64,000 bases of DNA, from assembly GCF_018977255.1 (NCBI RefSeq), contig NW_024704742.1:46812001-46876000 (forward strand), read 5' to 3'. Below the pieces are notes generated by a model. The model was not told where the DNA came from, did no database searches, and was given only the letters and a program-made list of their open reading frames with translations. The position numbers and the translations under genes are program-made. Positions 12,329 through 24,477 of this stretch are shown piece by piece. Numbering within the stretch: position 1 is the stretch's first letter; each line of letters starts with the position of its first letter. This DNA is from Callorhinchus milii. Its lineage: Eukaryota.

Positions 12329-12344
12329 TGGTGCCCTCTGGTGG
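12329..12344 (-). promoter_or_regulatory. Candidate CTCF binding site (core motif)
   Basis: tggtgccctctggtgg reads CCACCAGAGGGCACCA on the minus strand, a close match to the CTCF core CCASYAGRKGGCRS, in non-repeat sequence. Confidence 0.55.
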
Positions 12345-12517
12345 AGATACATTCTGCAGGTTTTTATTTGATCTTTTCACATCAATCTTCATCTAAGAGG
12401 ATCTTCTGTACTTGTTCTTCTGTTTGTATTGTGTGGATTATGGAGAATATTCCTGTACCTGCTTACCTGATTATTCCTCTTTATACATCTATCTATTTCC
12501 TGCTTGAAAGCTAATTG

Positions 12518-12673
12518 AGGCTCTGCGAGCCCATCACCGCCTCCACTGGCTCACCATCGCTCAGCAGATGGAATTCACGATCCCCGTCCTCACATTCAAA
12601 ATCCACCACAGTCTCTGTGACTTCCTGACACCCTACCAACTCAACCGCTTCCTCTGCTCAGAAAACACTGGCC
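12518..12673 (+). mobile_element. Degenerate L2 fragment
   Basis: cgcctccactggctcaccatcgctcagcagatggaattc encodes RLHWLTIAQQMEF, matching L2 RLHWLPI..RIEFK. Confidence 0.8.
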
Positions 12674-13602
12674 TAAGTCACTGACCTATAGACCAGTGGA
12701 AATAATTACTCCATATCTACACTATCACTATCACCCCTTATGATCTTGAAGACCTTTATCGGGTATCCCTTCGCTCAATCATCATTTGTTCTTAATTTGG
12801 TATGATGAATAATAGGGTTTTCGAATTTTCCCTCCCCAAGTGCTCCACTAGTTGAAATCTTTTTGTAGGGCTATACCGTTACAGTTGCCATTTGTGCCGC
12901 TGAAAGAGTCACGTCAAAATATTAACACTGACAGTTTCTCTGTCCAGAAATTCTGACAATCAAAATTAATTCAAACAAATCTTCCAGGGTTCATATTTAT
13001 CCAAGTGGTCCAAAGTGTTTTCAATGTTGTTTCTTTGTATTTCCTTGTAATTTAAGCAGTGAATTAGACTAAAGAACCTATAATTCCTGAAGTATTTGTT
13101 GTTTTCTTCCCATACATACAGAAAACACATATGGGGGTAAAATTAAATATTAGACAGAATGATTCTGGGATATGTTTTCAGGGTCAAAATGCTAAGGTAG
13201 AAAACAGGATATGAAGTGCCACAGATATCTATCTACTCTGTGTAAATTGGCAATTAATTGTTTAGACACAATATTGATCTGATTTGGCTTTAAAGGCTGA
13301 GAAACGTAGGGAAATATTAAGAAAGGAGCTGCTGGCTTTAGAAAGAATAATACCACTTCAGTGTGTGTATGTGTCACTATTTGTTGTTGTTGTAATAACA
13401 TGCCCCTCCCACTCCCACCACACCCCATACACATACATCACTCTCTTTCTCTGCCGGTGCCCAATGACCACACGCCCAGGTGCCAGCTCCCCTCAGTGCT
13501 TGTGTTTGTTGTTGTTATTCCAAGCCCCCAACCTGTGATTAAGCCTGTGTGATAGTGAGAGTATTTTCAAGAGGCTGGTAATGGGGTAAAGGGAGGCTAG
13601 TG

Positions 13603-13809
13603 ATAATAATAATAATCCTTGCATTTGATATAGCGCCTTATCAGATCTTCAAGATGTCTCAAATCTTTTCACAGAAACGTTTCACAGAATAATAATAATA
13701 ATAATAATCCTTGCATTTGATATAGCGCTTTTCACGTCGGGAGGACGTCCCAAAGCGCTTCACAGAACACACTGTAAAGTGAATTAACTGTATATTTTGT
13801 GGGCGAAAT
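13603..13809 (-). mobile_element. Two tandem 5'-truncated SINE tails (13603-13687 older type; 13688-13809 young type)
   Basis: Two (aat)n-ccttgcatttgatatagcgc starts; the second has the young cacgtcgggaggacgtccc loop. Confidence 0.9.
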
Positions 13810-14080
13810 GATGGGAGGCTAGTAATGGGATCATGGATATGCAGTGTGGCATGGTAATAGAACAAATATGCTCTCAGCAAATGTATTCACTGAAGTCTGG
13901 TCCAGCTAGGAGCAAATCCAATTTAAATTCACATTTGGAAAACATAAAGCACAATGCATTTTTCCCTGCTCATCCTACTGCTTTGGTAACCAGCAATACA
14001 CAATCCCCACTTATCAAAGCATCACCCTTGGAAGAAGTTACCCCCACAATCCCTAACCGATGCCTTGGAGAAAAAAAAAT

Positions 14081-14266
14081 TCTCTTTGACTGAGCCTTCA
14101 GCTCCCCTCTCGACTCTCTTCCCACTCCTCGCTCCCTCCCTTCCCTCCCCTCACCCTGACCATTCCCCCCTGCTCGGGTCATGACCCAACTGTGCAGCGC
14201 CTTGGGACGTCCTCCTGACGTGAAAGGCGCTTTATAAATGGAATCTTGTTGTTGTTGTTGTTGTTG
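14081..14266 (+). mobile_element. Young L2 3' end
   Basis: Very similar to 19895-20065 and to the antisense copy at 63681-64000; (gtt)n tail. Confidence 0.92.
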
Positions 14267-14520
14267 ATGTTCTTAATTATAGTAATTAAGCATTTTTTAA
14301 TATCCATAATATATAATAACACAACAATGCCATTATTTGATAGCAGCAGGGCCAAACAGCAGTTTCAATGTATACCTTAACATTTCGGTTTCCCAGAAAC
14401 ACAGCCTCATCATTACATTTGTGGCATTTGTAGGACAGGCTGTAATTAAACAGAAGTCTATGATGGAATACTGCCAATGTGAAGTATTACTCCATTCATT
14501 TCAAATGATTAAAAAATGAA

Positions 14521-14923
14521 CTGGCAATTCTCTCACCTTTGAGTAAGAAGGATGTGGGTTTAAACCCCATGTTGGGACTTGGAAGTAATATAGTCTAGTC
14601 TGGCATTCCAATGTAGTGTTTAGGAGAGTTTTGCATGGTTGGATGTACTGTCTTTCAGATTACTCTTTAAAAAANCAAGGTCGCTTCTGTTCAGGTGGAC
14701 GTCAAAGATCCACAGACACTATTCGCAAAGAGGAGAAAGTTTCTCCCTGTGTCCTGGCCAACAATTCCCTGAATAGAATTGGTCAATAGGACATTGCTTT
14801 GGACAAATTGGCTGCCAAGTTTACCCACAGAATGCACAGTCATTCACTTTATTGGATATGAAGCAGTTGAGATGTCCTCTTGACATCAAAGGTGATATAT
14901 CAAATGTAAAGATTATTATTATT
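14521..14923 (+). mobile_element. Deu-domain SINE, degenerate, near full length
   Basis: Head tctcacctttgagtaagaaggatgtgggtt, core gttcaggtggacgtcaaagatcc and acaaattggctgcc, (att)n tail. Confidence 0.85.
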
Positions 14924-15964
14924 TTATCAAAACATTTCAAAATGGTTCACAAGTAATCACTGACAAATGATAAATAAACACTGAAACTATTTGGCCAGAA
15001 GGTCCCACATGCAGTCACGAGGTGAACTAATCTGGAGAATGTAGATGAAAACAGTCCCAATTGGGTATGAGATTCTGGTCTCACTGAACATCTAACCATT
15101 TAGACAACAGCTCATGAGTTCAACAGTTGAATATTTCAAGATGGAATAAACAGAGATTCTTCTTCTTTTTGCAAAAGCAGCAGGAGAGCTCAGTTGGTCA
15201 GACCTTGTCTTTGTCAATCTTATCAAAACTGTTGATTGTTGAAACAAATCTCCAAATCTCCAAGGAGTTGACGCTGAATATTCTTACTGCCCAGGTCAGA
15301 CAGGCCTTGAGTAGGCCCCATATTACCAGAGGTCTCATGACAATATTGTCTGAAATTGTTCTCCTGAAGCCTGGAACGATGCTGTCTAAGCATAATTGCT
15401 GCACATCTCGGATAGTCACAGACAAAGAGAGAAAATTGAATTTATTTACATCCAGCAATGTCAGAGCAGTCCCAGGGAAATGTGAAATAAGTAGCCAAGT
15501 AATGATCTACTTAAGCGTACTGTACATGAATATTTCATCAAATGTAACTATGCTATTTACCTCACTTTTGTAACCTGTGTTTTGTTTAGTGTGTTCTGCT
15601 GTACTGTCCTAGAATTAATTTGATTACTTAATTCCCTTCGGTTTAGGGAGTAAAGGTTTCATTAGGTTTGGAATGATATTACCAAAGCAAATGTTTCTCT
15701 TCTATGCAATAGTTTTAATTATATTGTATAAGTGCTCTACTGAGACATAGTTTATTGTCTTAAAGTTAATGCCCAAGAAGCAGCAATGAGGAGGCATCTT
15801 CAATGAGCAATTTGTAATCCTTGGGAAGAACTTGAAAGATGCAGCTAAACTTTTAATGAGTCCAGGGACATTCATTCAGCTTTTTTTAGCTGGAGTTGTG
15901 CTGCTCAATGGCGGATAAACATAAGAGAAAAATTTGCATTATGTGGTGTAATAATTATCAATTT

Positions 15965-16180
15965 AGGGAGAGTTGTGGAATTCAGTCTTAACTTTGAAGT
16001 TGGTTTTCTTTGGATTTACAGAGAACCAACTTCAAAATTAATAATAAACCTTGCATTTGATATAGTCTCATCACATCGTTGCGGTGTCCCAAAGTGCTTC
16101 ACAGGAGACACTGTGAATTGTAGTGACTGTGTATTTGTATGCAAAAATTAAGGCTGTACTTAAGAAGTTGCCAAATTCTA
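15965..16180. repeat. Second copy of the palindromic MITE-like element, interrupted by a SINE tail (16040-16143, minus)
   Basis: gaattcagtcttaa matches the left arm at 5366-5378; central hairpin 15988-16040; aaattaaggctgtacttaagaagttgccaaattct matches the reverse complement of the left arm. Confidence 0.6.
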
Positions 16181-17114
16181 GATGCTCCAATATGCTACAT
16201 AATTGGAGCAAAATTAGACCCAGGTGGAATTTCTTCCCCCAACTACTAGACCACGAGAAAGGCTTTCAATCTCAATGTGCTTTAACCCCAGTATATGCCA
16301 ACCTCAGTGTATATTACCCTCAATATATGTTAACTTCAGGGTCTAAAGTTAATTTGAAATTAGATTTGGGCATCTATCTGGCAAAAAAAAATCTGGGCTC
16401 TCCCCAATCCCAATTTATTTTTCAGATCACAATGGAGTATAGCAGAACCTCCCCATGAACAGATTGAAGTCAGCAGAAGCTCCCCATGAACATCTGTCAA
16501 TAGACATACAAGATTAGGAAAATAATGTGCTTAGTCTAAAATAATAAAATGCTAATTATAAGTATGATTTACAGGAAATGAAAGTTAGATAAATTTGTAT
16601 ATATTAATAATACATTTAGAATATGCTAGTATGGTTTCCAGTTCACCAGTGCCGCACAGTAAATAAGATGAGATGGGGCCTGTGTGTTTTGCATCTTTGG
16701 AATATCGTTTCAGTAAATCTTCAAACTGCAGAGCATGAATTTGTGATAAACTAATTCAGGAAACTGTCTGATGTTAAAAATATGAGGATGAAAGTAGCAA
16801 CATTTCATAACATGTTTGATGTGCTAATTATCACAGCAAATGTATTACAATTTCACCAGTAATTTCACCTCCTATTGTTTTTGTACATAGAGCCAATTTA
16901 TGTTCTCATTGCTATTTTTCCCCATGGGCTTTGCTGAAAATTTATGTTGTATTGATCTTGACACTGTTCATTTATTCCAGTACCAAGTATTAAGTCAGGA
17001 AAATTTCTTTCCTCCACTAATGCTACATTTCGTTTATTGCCCTTCAGTAACATAGCATTTAATTTACTGCCTGCCTATAACATTGCATTTCATTTGCAGA
17101 TGGTCCAAATTATC

Positions 17115-17266
17115 AATTGGAATAGGTTGCTTAGAGGGATGGTTAAGGTGAGGATACTGGACTCATTTAACAAGCAACTTGATGCTACGATGGGGCAATG
17201 GAAGATGGGTGTTCCAGAAGGGTGAGCCTGGATGGGCCGAAGAGCCTTTTTCAATCAATCTTGTGA
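17115..17266 (+). mobile_element. Old CR1-family 3' end
   Basis: tggaataggttgcttagagggatggttaagg...caacttgatgct...gatgggccgaagagcctt. Confidence 0.8.
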
Positions 17267-17267
17267 T

Positions 17268-17410
17268 GCTGAACAAGCAGACAGGACCTTGGTTAACATT
17301 TTGTGCAAAGCACGGCAGCTCCAACACCTCCAGCATTGTTTTGGAGTGTTAGTTTGGACTATATAAACTTGTATCCATAACCTCTGTGACTTAAAGGCGA
17401 TAGTGCTAGG
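17268..17410 (-). mobile_element. Deu SINE fragment
   Basis: ctgaacaagcagacaggaccttggttaac...ggagtgttag matches the antisense Deu core and head. Confidence 0.65.
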
Positions 17411-18107
17411 TATTACCTAAATGAGTCAAATGTTTTAGAAGAGGGGAGAGAAGAAAATTGGCAGACAGAAAATATACTAAGAAACGTCCAGTCTTAATGG
17501 ACTATCATTGGAGGTTCATAAGGTGCTTGAAATAAACTTTAAGACCTGAAAATGTGAGATGTTAGGTTGCCACCACATTGACAAGTCTTTAACATTAGCC
17601 CAATGCAAATCCAATCCATCTATTAGCTCTTTGATCCACTGTGTCAAGTTGGGCTAGCCCAAACTGTGGCTGCTATAGGAATGCTCACCTCTTAGAGACT
17701 CACAGCAAGGTTCTGCAAATCCCTCTCTCCAGTTCTCCCTCTGGTTCTCTACGTGCTTGTTAGGACGAGCAGTGGTGATCAACTTCAATTACTCTGTGAC
17801 TGTGACACTTCCCTCTTTGTACTGCTGCAGGCATTGTTATAGCTTCAACTTCTGTTTCATGTTTGTGAGGCTGGATGCTTATCACATACCAATAAGTTGC
17901 AAACCATATAATAGAATATTGCCCCGTTAATCATGAATGAAGGGTTCTCCATACTTTGTTTTCCATATTGGGACATACAGGTAGGGATGTTTTTATTACC
18001 TTTGGTAGGTAAGTACATCCTATTCTCCACTAGTTGGTAAAGTTACTGATATTAGTGTTCTGACCTTTGAGAGGGAATATCCCATTATAAGGAAAATCTC
18101 ATTATAA

Positions 18108-18642
18108 GATGGCAGCATCAGCATCCATAGCTGCACACTCAACCTCACTAAGCCAGTCAGGAACCTGGGTGTCTTGTTTGACCCTGAACTGTCCTTTCTC
18201 CTCCACATCAGTGCCATGACCAGCACTGCCTACCATCATCTCCACAACATTGCCAGACTCCGCCACTGTCTCACCCCTCAGGCTGCCAAAACCCTCACCC
18301 ATGCATTACCCATTACCTTTGTCACATCAAGGCTCGATTATGGAAATTCCCTCCTCATCGGCCTTCCCAACTCTTCCCTTCACAATCTGCAGATCATCCA
18401 ATACTCTGCAACTCGTGTACTGTCATGCACCAGGCTCCGTGACCCCATCACTCCCACCCTCGCCGGACTCCACTGGCTCTCCATCCCTCAGAGGATCGAA
18501 TTCAAGATCCTCATCCTCACTTTCAAGGCCATCCATGGCCTTGCCCCCTCCTACCTCTCTAACCTGCTGACTCCCTACCAACTGGTCCGCTCTCTCCCTT
18601 CAGCGGGCTCCGGCCTGCTCCATGTCTCCCGCCCGACCATTG
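18108..18642 (+). mobile_element. L2 LINE fragment, left part (continues at 19284-19384 after a CR1 insertion)
   Basis: Encodes FDPELSF...FVTSRLDYGNSLL...LHWLSIPQRIEFKIL. Confidence 0.95.
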
Positions 18643-19283
18643 CATTCATTATGAAAGGATTAGAGGAGAAGAGTAGGGAAGTCTGGCTGCAACTGTATAG
18701 GGCCCTGGTGAGACCACACCTGGAATACTGTGTGCAGTTTTGGTCTCCTTATTTAAAGAAGGATGTAGTTGCCTTGGAGGGGGTGCAGCGTAGATTTACT
18801 AGGTTAGTACCAGGGATGAAGAGGTTGGGAGTTACAAGGATAGGCTGACTGATTTGAGCCTATATTCTCCAGAATATAGAAGAATTAGAGGGGATCTTAC
18901 AGAAACCTATAAGATCATCAAAGGGCATGATAGAGTAGATAGTGGGAGGTTGTTTCCCCTGGTTGGAGAAACTAAAACCAGGGGTCACAACCTTAAAATC
19001 AGAGGCCAGCCCTTTCGCACTGAGTTGAGGAAGAACTTCTTTACTCAAAGGGTGGTGAATGTATGGAACTCACTACCCCAAAGGGTTGTTGACGCTCAGT
19101 CCTTGAACATATTCAAGACTGAGATAGATATATTTCTTATTGCGAAAGGGACTAAGGGATATGGGGATAAGGCAGGGTTAGGTTATTAGCTGGAGTTAGA
19201 TTAGAAGATCAGCCATGATTGAATGGCGGGGCAGGCTCGAAGGGCTGAATGGCCTACTCCTGCTCCTACATGTTATGTTATGA
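18643..19283 (+). mobile_element. CR1 LINE 3' fragment nested in L2
   Basis: Encodes LYRALVRPHLEYCVQFWSP and TRGHNLKI...FFTQRVVNVWNSLP; CR1 3' UTR with tgttatgttatg tail; TSD cccgcccgaccattg (18628-18642) / cccgccctaccatcg (19284-19298). Confidence 0.95.
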
Positions 19284-19380
19284 CCCGCCCTACCATCGGT
19301 GGCCGGGCTTTCATTCTCTCTGCCCCCATACTCTGGAACTCCATCCCACAGTCCCTTCGCCTCGCTTCCTCCTTTGCCTC

Positions 19381-20065
19381 CTTCCATCACCTCCAAACCA
19401 TCACCAGACTACGGCACTACCTCACCCCTCACGATGCTGAAACTCTGGTCCACGCCTTTATCACCTCAAGGCTGGACTATGGGAACTCTCTCCTCGCCGG
19501 CCTTCCCGGCACCTCCCTCCACAAGCTGCAGGTCATTCAGAACTCTGCAGCTCGTGTACTGTCCCGCACCAGGCTTCGGGACCACATCACTCCCACCCTC
19601 GCTCGCCTCCACTGGCTCCCCATCCCCAAGATGATCGAATTCAAGATCCTCATCCTCACCTATAAGGCCATTCACGGCCTTGCTCCCTCCTACCTCTCCG
19701 ACCTACTATCCCCCTACCTACCCGCCTGTACCCTCCGTTCCTCTGGCTCCAGTCTGCTCCACATCCCCCGCCCCAACCGCCCTACCATTGGTGGCCGGGC
19801 CTTCAGCCTCTCAGCCCCGAGGCTCTGGAACTCCATCCCCCAGTGCCTTCGCCGTTTCCTCCCTTTCCTTCTTCAAGGCCGGTCTCAAGGCCTTTCTCTT
19901 TGACCGTGCCTTCAGCTCCCCTCTCGATTCTCTAACCCCTCCTCGCTCCCTCACCTCACCCTGACAATTTCACCCCTGCTCGGGTCCTGACCCCTGACTG
20001 TCCAGCACCTTGAGACAACCTCCCAACGTGAAAGGCGCTCTATAAATGTAATTTTGTTGTTGTTG
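19381..20065 (+). mobile_element. Young L2 LINE, 5'-truncated
   Basis: Encodes AETLVHAFITSRLDYGNSLL...GGRAFSLSAPRLWNSIP; complete 3' end with (gtt)n. Confidence 0.95.
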
Positions 20066-20984
20066 AAACTGCCTAAGTCAATAAATATACTAATCTACTG
20101 ACCAACCGAGAATGTCCACTTCTCTTTCCCCTCTCACCACACACGTACAGATTGCCTCGAGTATCAAATTAATAATTGACTTAATAATAGTTAACAGATT
20201 GACTGTTGGATTAAATAAATGCATATTCATTTCAGCAGATCAAGCATGTATTATTATTAGCAACAGGGAGAATTTGGAAAATACTACTTCCTTTGCATTT
20301 GAGGAATATGATATATTCCTATTGGCTTTTCTTTCAGCATCTGCAGGTTTATTTTGCAGAATACGACTATTAAAATTACCTGGAGATTACATAACGATGC
20401 AAGATAAATGCCTCGCATTCTCTAATTTCTGTGTAAGGGGAGATCTGACTTGCTTACAAATTGTTATTTTGCTGGTAACTTTGCTGACAATTTGGTAATG
20501 CGATTCTTGAAGGGCAATGTGCTGCCTTAGTATATTTAGCTAGGAATTGTACCAGTTTAAAACTTTAAGGTTAAAATAATTTGGCTGATTTTTAAGAAGT
20601 TTTCTTTAGTATGTAATTGGGAATAAATCAAACAAAATTAACTTGATTTTCTTTATGTTCAAAGTAAACTGATTGTTAAATTGTTGAACATTGAGACATC
20701 CTCCTAACATGAAAAAATCCATACCAAATGCAAGATTATTATTATTATAGGATTATTTTCCTGAATTTGTGCTCTCTCCAGTGGGTCAGCAGACATAATC
20801 TATTACCATTTACCATTTATTTTATGATAACCATTACAATACTGAAGATTGATCGATATTACATTTCTGGAAAATGTTATCTGTGGAAGGAAGAAGTCTA
20901 AGGTAGAACAATAATGATATGAGAATTATAATAATAATTCCTTGCATTTGATATAGTGCCTTACTACATCGTTAAAAGTTACTG

Positions 20985-21727
20985 CAACAGTAACAACAAT
21001 GACAACAATAACATTACATTTGTACCGTGCCTTTCATGTCAGGAGGACGTATCAAACCGCTGGACAGTCAGATCTTCGGACCTAAGTTGAGGGTCGGGAC
21101 CAGGGAGGGTGGAGGGCAGGGGGCGATCCAGGGTGATTGAAACCACGGTCGAAGAGGAGGGTCTTGAGATAGGAGGCAAGGGAGGGGGAGAGGTGGAGGG
21201 ATTGTGGGATGGAGTTCCAGAGGGTTGGAGCAGAGTGGCAGAAGGCCCGCCTGCCAATAGTGGGGCGGGCGAGGTGGGGGACGTGAAGCAGGCCGGAGCC
21301 CGCTGAGCAGAGGGAGCAGGCAGGATGGTAGAGGGTTAGGAGATCGCAGGGGCAGGGGGGAAACAAGATCGTGGAGGGCTTTGAAGGTGAGGACCAGGAT
21401 CTTGAACTGCATCCTCTGTGTGAAGGGAAGCCAGTGAAGTCGGGCGAGGATGGGGGTAATGGAGTTATGGAGCCTGGTGCAGGAAAGGACACGGGCTGCA
21501 GAGTTCTGGATTATCTGCAGCCTATGGAGGGAGGAGTTGTGGAGGCCGACAAATAAGGAATTTGCATAGTCGAGCCTCAATGTATTGAATGCCTGTGTGA
21601 GGGTTTTGGCGGCCTGAGATGTGAGACAGTGGCAGAGCCGGGCGATGTTGCATAGGTGGGGGAAGGCTGAGCGAGTCATGGCACAGATGTGGGGTAGAAG
21701 GGATAATTGAGGGTCAAACAGGATGCC
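20985..21727 (-). mobile_element. L2 LINE fragment nested in a SINE tail (about 20927-20984 and 21728-21760)
   Basis: Minus-strand ORF LRLDYANSL...LARLHWLPFTQRMQFKIL; approximate TSD aaaagttactg / aaaattactg. Confidence 0.93.
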
Positions 21728-21986
21728 AAAATTACTGTAAAGTGCATTCGTAGGCGAACAATGAATGCAGTAATTTTGGATGGAGTTATTTTCTTAGTTA
21801 CCTTTGGGTTCAGCAAGTTTCTGTACAGACAGAAAGAAGTTGGGTAAAGTCTGTGATATGAAAAGTTTGATGAAACTGAACGAGGCTAGATTTGATAGGC
21901 CAAATCACCTCTTCACATTCTGTGCTTTGTTATACTCTTATGTTTTAGAGGCTGCAATCGGGGCTATTAAACTGGCTGTAGGATAT

Positions 21987-22259
21987 AATAATAATAATAT
22001 TAATAATAATCTTTGCATTTGATATAGTGCCTTATCATGTATTCAATATGTCTCAAAGTGCTTCACAGAATATACTGTAAAGTGAATTTTACTATTCACT
22101 ACTATTTAGTAGTGAATTACTATTTAATTACTATTTAATTACTATTTCTGTGGCAGCCAATTGCTCACAGCAGTGTCCCATAAGCAATCATGGATTGAAG
22201 TGACCAATTTATTTATTTATTTTTTAAAGGAATTATTACCCCCAGAAAAGCGATCCGCT
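21987..22259 (-). mobile_element. CmiSINE-like long variant, 5'-truncated, with an internal attactattta tandem expansion
   Basis: Shared tail plus attattacccccagaaaagcgatc linker; tandem units at about 22090-22147. Confidence 0.85.
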
Positions 22260-22384
22260 TGGGTCACGATGTCCTACTAATTGAGCCCAGGTCTGATCAT
22301 TTGCAGATTATTTGATCAGAAAAATAGTTTCGCAAATTCTGCTTGTAAATCAAGAAGAACCAGTGAAAGTTTGCTCAGACATAC

Positions 22385-22797
22385 AATAATAATAATAATT
22401 ATTGCATTTGATATAGTACCTTATCATGTTATCTCAGATAATTTTTCAGGATTTACTGTAAAGTGTAGTGACTGTATATTCGTAGGCAAATGCATCAGGA
22501 AAATCCCACAAACAGTCATGAAGTGAATGATCAGTTTTATCTGGGAGATTATAGGACAATAAATTGCGAGAAAGTTTTCTTGAATATTGCCATGACATGA
22601 TTTACATCTATTTAAATAGGCAAAGCAGAACTCATCCAAAGGAATCTGACAATGGGGAGCTTGTATGCTCGTCCAGGTACCCCCAGCATTGCACTGCAGT
22701 GTCATCTTAGTATGAGCTCAAAGTCCCAGTGTGGGACTTGAACCCACAAGTCTTCTAACCTATAGTGGAGAGTGCTACAAACTGAGCCAGGCTGACA
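22385..22797 (-). mobile_element. Deu-domain SINE, degenerate, near full length
   Basis: (aat)n tail through to the head gagagtgctacaaactgagccaggctgaca. Confidence 0.85.
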
Positions 22798-23069
22798 ATC
22801 CACCCAAAATAGTATGGAATAGAATAGAAACAAATCTGCTCATGACTTGTGTACCACATTCATAGTATGGTTTAAATTGTATCACGATAATGCTTGTTAC
22901 AATACCTGCAATGTTTGTAGTTCAACAATCACAGTTACACATCGTTCCAGCCTTGTGCAAAAATGATTGCAGAAAAGGTGCTGTCTAATTTATTTCTGTA
23001 CAAGTGAAAAAGTTACCAGAGGGTCTCGTTAAATTTTCAGAAGCAGTATCTTTGCCAGAGAAAGATTTC

Positions 23070-23410
23070 ATTAGCTTTGATTGACACTGTGAATGGCGTC
23101 ATCATCTATGTTGTCAGGATAATTCATAAAAATAATTTATGAAGCAAGTTCATGGGGAAAAGGAACATTTCCTTCAGCTCTGGAAATCATAAATCATGTT
23201 TCTTTTCCACAGATAAATGATACTCGGCCTATTAAATGTTATTTATAACAACAAGCTGTCAACATTAATCTATTGTCAGGGAAACGGGGACAGATGTCAA
23301 AGATAGCCAGCAAAGCTGGCCAGAGAATCTATAGGATGTCTGGATGCTGCTATCTGTTGCCATTGATAACTTATGTGCTGAAATAAAGAGATTGACAATC
23401 CAATGTCAAC
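23070..23410. promoter_or_regulatory. Candidate developmental enhancer (PBX/MEIS/HOX motif cluster)
   Basis: TGATTGACA at 23078, TGATTTAT on the minus strand at 23189-23196, seven TGACA/TGTCA sites and an inverted TTTATGA pair in repeat-free DNA. Motif evidence only. Confidence 0.45.
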
Positions 23411-23751
23411 GATCACAGACCAGAGGTCTCTGCACTAACAGTGACTGCTGGTTCGTGATCACAGCCAGCCTTTTGGTTTCAAGTCATTTCTTAGCCAAGA
23501 AAAGCCGGACAAACTTGGGAAAGTTTGAAAAGTAAAACATAGGCCACTAAACAGCACTGGTATTATAATTTTGTACTACACAGGGTCAGCTATAGGGGTA
23601 TAGGGAAAGGGTCGGTAAATGGAGCTGAAATGATGGCCTTCTACTGTGCCATCAAATTTTAGAGTTCTACATCCCCCAATTTTATTCAGAAATTGGCAGT
23701 AATATCTTCTAATTTACCTTTTGTTTTAATATACCAATTTTTTTTGATACA

Positions 23752-24477
23752 CAAGAACAACTTGCATTTATATGGTCCCTATCACATCGAGAGAACTTCT
23801 CAAAGCACTTCACAGAGTTTAATATAATAAAATAATAATCTTTGCATTTGATATAGCGCTTTTCACGTCTTATAGATGTCTCAAACTGCTTCAAACAATA
23901 GACTGTAAAGTGAATTGACATTATTTGTGGGTGAAATGCGGCAGTCAAATTGCTCACAGCAGTGTCCCACAAACAGTTGTGGATTGAAGTGACCAATTTA
24001 TTATTGTTTTTTTTCTTGAGGGATTATTATCAGGTGCGTGGAGTAAGGAAACTTGCCCAAGGTTTCGCCGTGCCGGGAATCAAACTCAGGTCTCTCGCTT
24101 GATAGGCGAGTGCTCTAACCACTGAACTACAGGACTCCACGAAGTTTATTGTAAAATAGAGTGATCGTATTTTCGTAAGTGAACGCAGCAGCCATTAAGT
24201 GAATAATCAATTTTATCTTGTTGCCCAGGATATTAAGAGAAACTTCCTTCCCTTTAGAATATTACCATGCAAACTTTGAAATCCACCTGAATAGGCAGAT
24301 GGGGCCATGGTTTGACCTCTCATGCGAAGCTTGGCATCTCCAAAAATTCTGCAGATTGGCAGCATTGCTTTGAGGTGTCAGCCTAGGGTATGAAAGTTTA
24401 AAATTCTGATACTGATTTTTAAACCACAGCGATCTGATGCAGAGGCGAGAATGCTGTCAACTGAGCCAGGCTGACAC
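23752..24477 (-). mobile_element. Deu-domain SINE split by a nested CmiSINE
   Basis: Tail at 23752-23824; core and head at 24140-24477 ending ctgagccaggctgacac. Confidence 0.8.
23825..24139 (-). mobile_element. CmiSINE-like short variant, full length
   Basis: Head tggagtcctgtagttcagtggttagagcactcg with A/B boxes, ttgggcaagtttcc, Deu 3' part and (att)n. Confidence 0.92.

Noticed and set aside
15127..15573. 148-aa ORF with an upstream pyrimidine tract
   Set aside because: No recognisable domain in the frames I translated and no convincing partner exons.
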